Part shown: positions 13,010 through 23,794 of the stretch, in pieces
Layout: each line of letters starts with the position of its first letter
Numbering within the stretch: the stretch's first letter is position 1
Assembly (NCBI RefSeq): GCF_000143415.4
Contig: NW_003314386.1
Location: 228,852-292,851 of the forward strand
Reading direction: 5' to 3'
Source: Selaginella moellendorffii
Lineage: Eukaryota > Plantae > Lycopodiophyta
DNA length: 64,000 nt
Program-made: the position numbers and the translations under genes
Notes under the pieces: generated by a model
Told to the model about the DNA's origin: nothing
What the model saw: the letters and a program-made list of their open reading frames with translations, nothing else
Database searches by the model: none

Positions 13010-13936
13010 ATGGGTGTTAAATTCTCTTTGTGTGTTATGTTTGTAATATTTTCCCTCCACACCAGAAGTAATGCTGAAAATGCAAAATTTCTAAATACAA
13101 GCTTTAGTATTCATGAAAATGACTATATTGTCTTTAGAAATTTTGATGGAGAAAAAGAATTTCCAATATCTATTGCATATGATTTATTGGGATTTACTAT
13201 TGCAAGTTTAATTCAAGAATTTGGTAAGAAAATGGCAGGATCAAATGTAAGTCTGATGTATAATATAAATCTTGGGGGTAAAATTGTCAATTTGGAACCA
13301 TATAAGCTTATTGTACGAATGTGGATTGGCAAATGTACCATTTCAAATCAGCAATATTTGAAACAACATTTTATAATTAAATCCTTAGGGAGTATTCGTT
13401 TAGCCCTGTTAAATGAAGTTTTGAAAAATGGATACACAAGCCTAGAAGCATATTTAGGACCTATATTTATAGAATACAAGCTAATTAATACCAACAAACA
13501 TGAAGAGCTTCATGATTTCATAGATCAAGCTATAAGCCAAAATACATGTAGTGCTTATTTGGTAAATGGTCCAAAAGTTAAAGGTTCTATTTTACCACCT
13601 AGAGGTTCATTGATAGTTAATGAGTATTTGTTTGTTATGCAAATGGATTGTAATCTTGTCCTCTATAATATGAAATATAACAAGGCAACATGGGCAAGTA
13701 ATACTATGAATGAAGGTAAAATTTGCTATTTACATTTTCAGTTAGATGGCAATCTTGTAATAAAAAATGCAATGGACAGTCCTATTTGGGCACTTAATAT
13801 TTATTGTCAGCCCCAGCCTCATTGTATAACTAATTCTAAACTTATACTTGAAAGTTATGGAAATCTTGTTTTATATGGTTATAATCTAGATAATGGCAAA
13901 GCTTATGTTTTATGGGATGCTATAACTAATGGTTAA
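13010..13936 (+). CDS. Secreted unknown-domain + B-lectin protein, copy 2 (upstream in-frame ATG at 12965)
   Basis: Colinear paralogue of 9430-10353; QMDCNLVLY, WASNT, QLDGNLVIK; identical C-terminus WDAITNG; signal-like MGVKFSLCVMFVIFSLHTRSNA. Confidence 0.85.
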   Translation: MGVKFSLCVMFVIFSLHTRSNAENAKFLNTSFSIHENDYIVFRNFDGEKEFPISIAYDLLGFTIASLIQEFGKKMAGSNVSLMYNINLGGKIVNLEPYKLIVRMWIGKCTISNQQYLKQHFIIKSLGSIRLALLNEVLKNGYTSLEAYLGPIFIEYKLINTNKHEELHDFIDQAISQNTCSAYLVNGPKVKGSILPPRGSLIVNEYLFVMQMDCNLVLYNMKYNKATWASNTMNEGKICYLHFQLDGNLVIKNAMDSPIWALNIYCQPQPHCITNSKLILESYGNLVLYGYNLDNGKAYVLWDAITNG

Positions 13937-15876
13937 ATTTTTAGTTTTATTTTCTTTGATAAATATTATTCAGTAGATCTTATTATAAATTTTTATTCCT
14001 ATTTCAATATCTAAAGGTAAAACTTCCAAGAACTCTTATTATTATAATAATGTTATCCTTTTGTTATAAACAAACTTAAAAGAGTATAAATAATCTAAAT
14101 AATCATAGTTCCAAAGAGTAGTTATAATAAATAGTTTGGGATACTTTATAGAAATTAAAAAATGATAAATAAATTATGTTTTTAAAAATCCATTATACAT
14201 ATATCTAAAATAGCTATATTTTTAAAAAACAAGAAAATGTATAAGTTAAACTCTGTTTTATCTTATTAAGACAAAATAAAAAAAATTATAATATCTGTAA
14301 ATACATGTATATACATATATATAGTACCCTATAAGGGTATAATACTCTAGCATATGAACGCATTCTTATATATAAGGAAGTTAAACCCCTATAGCTTGAG
14401 CACTCATATTGGTGGAGGTGAAAGGTAAACCTTTATTGGCAATGCTTTGCTCTAATGTTTGAGATTGTGCTTTTTGTTTATTTATTTAGAAACTTCTTCT
14501 TATTTCTCATTGTAGTCCCTTTTATTATATTTCTAATATATTTAATATTTCCTTCTTCTATCACATTGATCAGCTTTGACTCTTATGATTCTCATTATAA
14601 ATCTAGTGTTGAGTTGAGTGTTCTCTATCCTCTTAATATTGATCTATGTGTGGCTGAGAGTCTTTAATCATTTATTCATTTAATATCATGCGTGATCACA
14701 TCACAATAATAAATATGAAATAATAAGTGGATAATATTTATACCATATGTTTTATTTTTATAATTGTTAATATTTTCTATGTGATATTTTACCATGCACA
14801 CTCGCTTATCATGCCTCATGTGTTAGTCCTGTTTTGGTCTAATGTGCTATTTATAGTAAGTGTCTAAATCTCCTTGAATAAGGCTTTTTTTGCCTATATT
14901 CGTGTTCTCACCCTTGTCTACAAAATAGTGATAAATAAACAGAGACAAGAACGTACAAGGAGAGAAGAAGAAGAGAAATGAGAAGAGAATAGAAGATAAT
15001 TTAGCCTCAAACCCCAAAGGCATGAGTAAGAATAAGCATATATATTTAAGTATTATTTATATACTATATGATTTTATAATTATTCCTAACTGCTTATTGC
15101 CTAGATTAGGCTTTTCTTCTTTGGATGCTTAACATTATGTAGAATTCCATTTTGCCTAAGGTTTTGCCTACCTAGGAAAATATATAACATAAAACATTTA
15201 CCTCTTCATCACTCCCCTACGACAAATCTATTACCTGTCCTTAGGCAGTTAGATTTTCCAAATCCTACTCCAAGTTGTTGAGATTGGCCTTCATAGTGAC
15301 AAGCTCGACTCTTCAGCATAGATCATTGAGTTCCTAACGCATGATCTGATTCTCCTAGTCAAGCATGGCAATATGTTGGTCTTGGTAGATGATGCGCTCT
15401 ACATCGGTGGAAGTCAGGATTACACTCTTGAGCTCTTGGATTATGTGGTGTTGATAATTCTACTCACCTATGATTCCATCCACTTTCTTAGTGATTGTTT
15501 TGAGGTAGCTCAAGATTTGCGTGCAATACTTTGTAATTTTCTCATCTTTTACTAGTTGCATTGGCTCGTTAACTGGCTGTTTGCTTCCCTTGATGTGTTG
15601 AGTAAGCTCCTCCATGAAGCTTTTTATTGTTGGCACACTAGGCTGACTTGCAGACTTATGTACAAAGGCACAGCTAGCCTTGACTTTATAGTGCTGTTGC
15701 AACATTTGTTGCTATTGTGGCTGCCTCATCTTGCTGACTTGTCAGTTAAGGGTGTGTCGCTGTCGGATGCATAGGTGGATTGGAGAAAACTTAACCTATA
15801 CTCTTCTAATTCAATTAAACTCTCTTTTGTAGCCTTGTCCTCTTTATCCCATTGAGTTTCTTGGCCATGATCTTCT

Positions 15877-17608
15877 TGTAAGTGACTAAATTTTCCATTC
15901 TACTTTAGTCACTTAACCACACCTCTGGCCACTTGGAGGAGTCTCATTCACGACCTCCATAAGTCCAATCCAGGACTTGGGACTTGCTAGCCCCGAGAAT
16001 GGCATCCATGCCACTCAACATTTGCACTTGGTCCAAGTGCTCCTCGTGTCCGATCCCATGACCGACACTCAAAGGTACCACCGACATAGCAGCCCGTTAC
16101 GCTAAGGCCATGCCCAATCACCTTTGCCACACTGGTAGTCCAATACCACTTGCATCACCGTCTTGGCTCTCCAAGACTAGGCAAACCATCAGTGAGTGGT
16201 CATCTCAGATCCACTCCTTAGCATCCTTAGGATGCCCACCGACAAGGGGAATAGCCTTCCCCAATATCCCTCTGTCAGTCCCCACTAAGTCCCTTTCTGC
16301 CCCTGGCCGTGTTTGCCAACACTGCCACTGGATCGAGACCCACAGGCCCGACCACTAAGTCCCACGGTCCTCTGGGACTTCCTCACCACACGACTGTGTC
16401 CTTGGTCACTACCCCAGAGGACTGCTCCTCTTCCTTTCCACAGTCTGGGCCTTTGGGACAACATTTCGGAACACCGTGGCCTTACGCGAGCCACCTGGGT
16501 ACTCTCCTCGCCTTCTGCCCTTGGGTGCTCTAGCCATGGGCTTAGAGCGGGTTCCGTTGAGCCACACCAGGTATCCAAGTAGGTAGTGCCACCCACACTT
16601 GGACTGGGAGCATCGGCCAATCGATCTCCCGGGGGAACTAGAGCCGGCTCTTGAACACTTCACCAAGCTACCCCGCTTGTCGGTCTGTGTTCACTCTAGT
16701 CTTGGACTTCCCAGTGGGCAGCTCATCACCCAACACTGGGTCCGGCCTTCCTGGGCCAAACTGGCCTTTCCTGGCCAAACTGGCTCCACTGCAGTCCTCC
16801 CCCTACTATACTTTTGGAGCTCACCAAACCCCCCAGGGTCTGGGAGACGAACGCTTTGGGCTTTCACCCTCTCAGGCTCCGGACTCGGACTCGGACTCGG
16901 ACTCGGACTCGGACTCGGATTCGGACTCGGACTCGGGCTCGGGCTCGGTCTCGGCCTCGGCCTCGGTCTCGGTCTCGGTCCCGATCTCGGTCTCAGTCTC
17001 GGTCTCGGTCTCGGTCCCGGTCTCGGTCTCGACTTCGGACTCCATCTCGGACTCCATCTCGGGTCCATCTCGGGTCCATCTCGGACTCCATCTCGGACTC
17101 CATCTCGGGTCCATCTCGGACTCCATCTCGAACTCCATTTCGGGTCCATCTCGGGTCCATCTCGGACTCCATCTCGGACTCCATCTCGGGTCCATCTCGG
17201 ACTCCACTTCGGACTCCAACTCGGGTCCATCTCGGACTCCACTTCGGACTCCAACTCGGGTCCATCTCGGACTCCACTTCGGACTCCAACTCGGGTCCAT
17301 CTCGGACTCCACTTCGGACTCCAACTCGGGTCCATCTCGGACTCCACTTCGGACTCCAACTCGAGTCCATCTCGGACACTCCCACGTGTCATGTGTTAGT
17401 CCTTTTGGGTCCCTTTTTGGAGCCTCGCCTTTTGCTCGCTTCGTGCTTGTTCCTCGAGCACTTCGTTGGGAGTTCCACTCTCGCTCTTGACTTTTCAAGT
17501 CGGAGCTTTTGGTCCAAACGTGTTACACTCGTTTGGCTCTCGCTTCGGCCACTACCATGTGGCGCCCTTCCGGCTCCACTTTGGGGCCTAGGGATTTTGT
17601 GTCTCACA
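15877..17608 (-). mobile_element. Solo LTR (1732 bp), same family as 43730-51024
   Basis: TGTAAG...CTCACA termini, perfect 5-bp TSD CTTCT (15872-15876 / 17609-17613), reverse-complement homology along its length to 43730-45359 and 49372-51024. Confidence 0.95.
16875..17377. repeat. Compound tandem array inside LTR: (GGACTC)n, (GGTCTC)n, 12-mer CCATCTCGGACT, 35-bp higher-order repeat
   Basis: Directly visible; it explains the overlapping low-complexity ORFs in all six frames. Confidence 0.95.
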
Positions 17609-19329
17609 CTTCTTAGCCTAAACTCACATCATTGGTTATATCTACAGCCAATGGTTTTGCAACATTTATAAGCACATTGTATGTTGAACCTTGTGGCCTA
17701 AGTTTTGGAATTTCTTCCACAACTTTAGCATTCATCATTCACCTAGTGTTGTCCATTTGTGTACTTGTCACTTCTCCAATGCTCGGAGAAATTTGTATGG
17801 GCATCAGAGTTGTCTTTGTTGACATAGATGAGTCACAACTCCTTTTCTAATATGGGTATGGCATTTTATTGTTGCATCAAGCTTTTCCACGTGATACTTA
17901 GCCACTAGATTTCTATGAAACAAACCCTAGAGGTCTTGCAACTTGAATTTTTGGATCTAGGTGGAATTTCATTTTGAGGGGAGAATTTTCCTCGCTTAAA
18001 TGTGTATTGTTCAGATTTTCTTCCACTTCCACATCCTTTGCTATGTAGTGCAGTGCCAATGGAGGTGCCTAAACAAATAAATAAAAATAAAATAAAATAA
18101 AAATATAATTTTTTTTCCCAAGGGATATATATTTTCCCTCTGTTCTAAATGAACAAATCTCTACCTGAGCTTATCAGGAAATACTACTCCTTCTATCTAA
18201 TTTCATTGATCTAGCTCTATGGGGAGATAGAAAACTTGGAAACAAGATCTTGAGTGATCTTAATATCCCCTCCATCCATTTTAAAAGCTAATTTTATAGG
18301 ATCTCATAATTGAAGAACTAATTTACCTTCTTGTGGTTCTATAAAGTTTGATGTCACTTTGTAAAAATTTTCTTTCATTTAGTTGGCCACCTTATCCTCA
18401 AGGGCCTTGAGCCTGTCTACTCCTAGCTCCAAGCCATACTACATGCTCCAAATCTCTATGTTCCAATCAAAAACTCTTTTGTGCTCTTAAAAGCTTCATG
18501 CTCAACTCCCTCCAAGCTTCGAACTCCAGGACATCCCATGCTCCAAGATCTTTTCCTAGTGTCTGGGCCATGTGTTGTGATTTCATGATCAATGCATGCA
18601 ATAGTTTTTGTTTACATTTATGATGCACGTATACTATCAAACACACATATATGTATATGTTACTTAAATTTGAGCTGTTTAATCTGGATGCCAATAGGAC
18701 ATTTAAATATTTTTATTGCCTATTTGATACTATGTTGATATATTGTTAAAGCAAAGAACATGATGATGGTGGGAGAGTATTATTGTCACTATCTACACCT
18801 GAACCATAATCCAAATCACTAAAATTGAATGGAAGGCCATCCTCCTCCTCTTCCTCCACATCTTCCAGTAAACCTGGGAGAAAAAGTTTCAATGACACAA
18901 ATTTGAAGTAAATTTAAGAAGGAATTATACTTATGTTAGAAATTTCAAAGTTTATAAAGAGAAAATTAGTAGTGAATTAAAACCACTTCTAACACTACTC
19001 ACAAAAACATTTAAAACCAATCACTAGCAAACCAAGACAGAAACTAAGGCAATGAAGCATCTTTTAAACCCTAAGACCTAATGAATGCTTAAATCAGGGG
19101 TCAAACTCAATGAAACATGAAATTATATGGCATCTATGCACAAAAGTATGTATAGCACAATGTTCATTTTATGGAGATATCATCCACCTATCAAATAAGG
19201 CATCCATTGCAATGGGATTAACATTTAATGCTGAACCAATAAAAAATTGCCACATAAACACTATGAGTGAAATATACCATTATATTTTCTACCTTTTTAC
19301 AAATTGCACACCATAGCAGGCTTGCTAAA

Positions 19330-20684
19330 TCAATTAAATGCTGTCCGCCAAAGAATCTCTGCAACGTTGGCATTCCGTCACAGCTCGTCACTTTCCCTGT
19401 CACCCGACATCAAATGTGTGCAAACGAAGCAAAACTCGTCTGGTGGAGCAACATACTGACAGCAATGGAGCCCTGAGTAGAGGAGACAATCCCCGCAAGG
19501 TCAAAAACCAAAAATCCAGAAGATCATCAAAGAAAGCTGGAAAAACTTACCTTGTTTCCACAGTATCCCACAGCCAACGCAGCAAACTTTGAGGCCGTGG
19601 ACGTGCCTGCAAAGGTTCTTGCGGATCCAGATGATGACATACACTCCCACCATTTGTTTGCTCACGAGTTCTCCGAGTTTCCGGGAGAAGCCATCGTCGT
19701 GTTGTCCGAGAGACAAGCCGAGATGGCCGGGGGCTTGGACATGGCAAATCCGCGAGCTTGATGGTAGCGCCGGAGGATGCTCGGGGTCCAGGTGTTGAGA
19801 AAGTTTTGGTCCGGGGCACCCCGGCTCCTCCGGTGGAATACTCCTCCTCCTCCAGTTTCGGAAGAACACGAGGAGGAAATCGTTGGCAATGCACCGCCCT
19901 GGCGAGATTGTTCTTCCGATGATGATGACAATGATGAGAGCAGCGAGGAGAAAGTTTCGTCCCCGGGATGAACAGCGGCGCCAGGATGTTGTCGGCGGCT
20001 CCCAGGACGTTGCCGGCATTCAAAGGAACGAAAACCACCGAAAAACTCTTGAGTTCTCGAGAGTTTGGTTTAAACTCTCGAAAAAAAAAACTCTCTCGAG
20101 TTTCGCTTACATATGCACGGGTTGATCACTTTCGAAGTTCAAAGTCGGGTCTGGAGACTTCCCAGATCTTCCATATCCTGGACAAAGATTTCGCGACTGC
20201 TAAGCAAGAGCTCCTCGCAAAATCGAATTTTGAGAGACGTACTGGTAGTCTGGAGTGTCGACAAGCTGTGTCCACAGCGTCCTCGCGCAGGAACCACAGT
20301 GTTTGCTTGAAAGACAACTAAAGATCCATATTTAGATTTTTCTCGAGACCTGTCGTTGGATACATCGGGGGCAAACTTCGTGTTCGATTTGCAGGCTTGA
20401 GCCCAACCTCATGCTCACTCGAATCTGAGGAAGAACACGAGCAAAAGTTTATGGAAAGTTTAGCATTATATTCGTGACAAGTTGCCATCGCCGCTGCTTT
20501 GCATGTCGTCGTGGTCGTCGTCTTCGTCATTGAACGCGTCCGACGCGGGCAGCTTGCGAAGAACTTGTCGGGGCCAGAAAAGCTGCGAAGAAATTAAAAA
20601 ATAAATTGATCTTTAAATCTCTCTCGCAAGGAAGAAAAAATTCTCAAACTCGCTTACCTCCTTCGCATTTGTTCTTTGAGACAT
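19330..20684 (-). pseudogene. Type I inositol polyphosphate 5-phosphatase (CVP2/IP5P family) pseudogene
   Basis: FWPRQVLRK, VPLNAGNVLGA, LVSKQMVGVYVIIWIRKNL..VGCGIL, GSIAVSMLLHQTSF / VCTHLMSGD..RNANVAEI are family motifs, but with frameshifts and stops and no catalytic C-terminus. Confidence 0.8.
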
Positions 20685-21355
20685 TTTTCTTCTTCCAAAA
20701 GTCGTGAGCTTCTACCGAAGAAACGACCCATTTTTCCTTCTCTCTCTAAGCTAGACACTGAAAAACCAATTTTTTGCCTTCTCCCTGAAACGATCGAGAT
20801 TCCCTGCCACGAAATCGCTCCAAACACCGTGTCGATCGATTAGGATTCTTTAAGGCAGCGACCACCAAGACACGAAGGAAAAAAAGAAGCAAAGGAGGAA
20901 AAGAGAGAGAGGGGACGAGAGGTCGCTCTGTGCAAAGCCGACAGGGAAGAGCAAAGAAAACACCACCGAGCAATGCCGGCTTGCGCTCCGCCACAACCAC
21001 AAATCCATTCCTTTCTTCCATCCTATTTGCTCTAAGTTACATGTTGTGATCTCTCTCTCTCTCTCTCGCTTATGGAAGAGAGACCACTATAAGGTCTTAG
21101 CACAGAATCAAGTAGAAAGGGAAAATACTTCGCCTTTAAGATCAACAAAAAATCACCTAATGGAGCGTATTATAAGCACTAATCACCTAAAGATAGTTAA
21201 ATTAATTAATTTTAATTCATTCATTTGTTTATAGAAAAGGAGTTAAATTAAGATCGATCAAGTCAAGGATATAAAAACACAACCATTAGATTTAGGAATA
21301 TCCTAGCCATTCTCAATATATTCTTTAGGTTAATCAACAAAACATTTAAAAGATA

Positions 21356-22747
21356 TTATTGAAGGGGTGTTAGTAGCTTTTTAAGATTGAGAAGGCCAAC
21401 AAGGGCCATGCACGAGATGGAATCCCACTGCGGCATTCTATCAAACAGCCACTTTGCATGTCCAAACCCATCAAAGTGGATCTTGGCCTGGAGCATGGCA
21501 TTCCACGGCACAATGTCAGCCTGTGGCATTCGGTCATACACAGCTTTGGCGGCCTCCATTTGCCCGTCTTGGATGTAGAGCGTCACCAGCGCTGTCCAAG
21601 TCACCACATCCCTCTTGGGCATTCGATCAAACACTCCCTCTGCCCGATCGAGCTGCCCCATCCGCCCAAAGATCGCCAGCATCGCCGTCCAGGAAACCAT
21701 GCTTCGATCGCTCATCGCATCGAACATAGCCTTGGATTCCTCCACTCGCCCCATCTTCCCCAATCCAAACAGCATCGCATTGCGCGAGATCGTGTCGTGC
21801 TCGGGCATCGCATCGAAGAGCAACCGGGCATCGTCCACTCGGAGCTCCTGTCCCAGTGCCGCCACCATCGCCGTCCACGACACCACATTCCTCGCGGGCA
21901 TTCGATCAAACACCGCCGCCGCGATCTCGAGCTCGACCCTGCCCGCCGCCGCCTCCACCATCGCCGTCCAGCACACGAGATCGCGCTCCGGGATGTGATC
22001 AAACAGCGCCTTCGCGCGGTCCAGATCCCCCTTCCGGGCATAGCCCAGCAGCATCGCAGTCCAGCAGACTAGATCGTGCTGCGGCATTCGATCCAGCAGC
22101 GCCGCCGCCTCGTCCATCAAGCTTCGATCCGCGAAAGCCCCCAGCATCGCGCTCCAGGAGATCTCATTCTTGGCGGCCATGGAATCGAAGAGCTCGCGAG
22201 CTTCGCGCAGATACCCCGCGAGGGCATATGCGTGGAGCATCGCCGTCTCAGCCACCACGTCGCGCTCCTGGCCCAAGCTCTCGAAGAGATTCCTCGCTAG
22301 GGGAATATCCCCGGCCAGGGAATATGCCACGATCATGCTGCTCCACGCGATCGCATCCGTGGCCGGGATCCTGGAGAGCAGCGACTCGGCCTCCACCACG
22401 TGGCAGGCCCGGGCGCAGGCGCCAATGAGGGCCGTCCACGTCACCACGTCTCTGTGGGGCATTTTGTCAAACACCTCTTTGGCGGCCGCGAGATCCCCAT
22501 TCTGGGCATTTGCTGTGAGGAGGATTGTCCAGGAGAAGAGATTGGGGCGCGCGAGCGAATCGATGGTATGGAACACCCGACGCGATTCATGGGCGCTGCC
22601 GCACTTGCCATACGCTTGCATCAGCAGATTGGCGAGGAAGACGAAGTGGGGGCGGTAGCGGAGGTCCAAGATCCGCGAGTGGAGGCGGCGGGCGAGCTGG
22701 AGATCGTCGCAGGAGCGAATGGCGCGGACCAGCGACGGCAATTGCAT
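21356..22747 (-). CDS. PLS/SS-type PPR protein, C-terminally truncated (no E domain)
   Basis: FLANLLMQAYGKCG start then ~31-aa repeats (FDRMPxRDVVxWTAM); ORF runs out into AT-rich DNA. Confidence 0.85.
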   Translation of the reverse strand: MQLPSLVRAIRSCDDLQLARRLHSRILDLRYRPHFVFLANLLMQAYGKCGSAHESRRVFHTIDSLARPNLFSWTILLTANAQNGDLAAAKEVFDKMPHRDVVTWTALIGACARACHVVEAESLLSRIPATDAIAWSSMIVAYSLAGDIPLARNLFESLGQERDVVAETAMLHAYALAGYLREARELFDSMAAKNEISWSAMLGAFADRSLMDEAAALLDRMPQHDLVCWTAMLLGYARKGDLDRAKALFDHIPERDLVCWTAMVEAAAGRVELEIAAAVFDRMPARNVVSWTAMVAALGQELRVDDARLLFDAMPEHDTISRNAMLFGLGKMGRVEESKAMFDAMSDRSMVSWTAMLAIFGRMGQLDRAEGVFDRMPKRDVVTWTALVTLYIQDGQMEAAKAVYDRMPQADIVPWNAMLQAKIHFDGFGHAKWLFDRMPQWDSISCMALVGLLNLKKLLTPLQ

Positions 22748-23794
22748 TCCACGCGCCGGCGGCGCGCGATGCTGTGCGCAAGCGAGGTCCCTTCTTCTCT
22801 TGCGCGCTCATGCCCTAATCGAATATGCCCTTTTCCGTTGCGCGGGTTCGAATCCCTTTGAAAGCTTCCTTTTCTTACCCTAATCGAATATACTGTTTGT
22901 TGGAACACGTCGCCATCGTTTTGCTCTGGAGGCGGCAAAGTTTCTTGGATCTATTTGAGTTTCTTGGATGCATTTGACAACACACTAGTTTACCAACCTC
23001 GGAAGTTTACTGCATCCAACAATTCCGGCAATCGATCGGGGAGCTCCAGGCTAAAGCCAAAGTTTTCACCACCATCGAGGCGAACGTTGCATAGAATTTC
23101 GCGCGAGCTTTGCCGCTTTGCCGCTCCCTCCAAGCTCTTTCGAACGAGCACTGATTTGTATATGGCAATTCCAGCCGGGAGATCCCAACCAACTCGGAAT
23201 GGTTTCTTTTGCATACCTCGGTGGAAGATCACAATCAGCAATGCAAAAATAATGACGTACATAGCGTTGATAATCCATGGATCACGTTGATTGATTGAGC
23301 GACTGATTGATTGATCCAAAGCTTTCTCGAGAATCATGAGAGCAAGTGTTTGAATTGAGAGACAAGAACTTTGGCAGAGCACGGAGGGGGAAAAATGGCG
23401 CCGTAAAACCAACATAAAAACCCTTTGCTGTTGCTGTTGCTCGTTTTTCACCGCCCTAAAAACACCATCGCCAGTGGCGTGCGCTGTTCTCCATTTTCCA
23501 GGGCGCGCCAGGCGAGAGGAAGAAGAAGAAGGCACTCCAGGTACGACTTTCTCCTTGCAAGGATCATCCACTTTGTTCTAAAAGTTTCATCTTTTACCCC
23601 CTTTTCTTGCATGTTCTTCGCCAAGATTTATGCCATGCATCATACCGTTCTTCCCCTCTCCGCGCGAGCACCCGATCCGGCCGCCCTGAGCGCCAAAATC
23701 CGATTTTGACGACTTGGGTTCGCTCCCCGGCCGCCGCTCCCCCTGCCCAACTGGATCTGCGAGCGAGAAATCGGCTGCACGGGTGAGATCACAC

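Larger units (their letters stand above)
15050..18700. mobile_element. Decayed retroelement-like sequence interrupted by the solo LTR
   Basis: CpG-depleted sequence with short gag-like broken ORFs on the minus strand (15460-15705) on both sides of the solo LTR; boundaries uncertain. Confidence 0.35.

Noticed and set aside
16875-17377. Possible CRISPR-like array
   Set aside because: Contiguous tandem units with no unique spacers; eukaryotic LTR context.
16599-17671. Long overlapping ORFs (LGLG, SDSD, RPRP, ESEM), also at 43836-44584 and 49618-50258
   Set aside because: Stop-free translations of the LTR tandem array, not proteins.
22870-23580. 193-aa minus-strand ORF between the PPR and PMIR genes
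   Set aside because: No domain recognised; likely promoter/5' UTR of the divergent genes, although a small spliced gene is not excluded.
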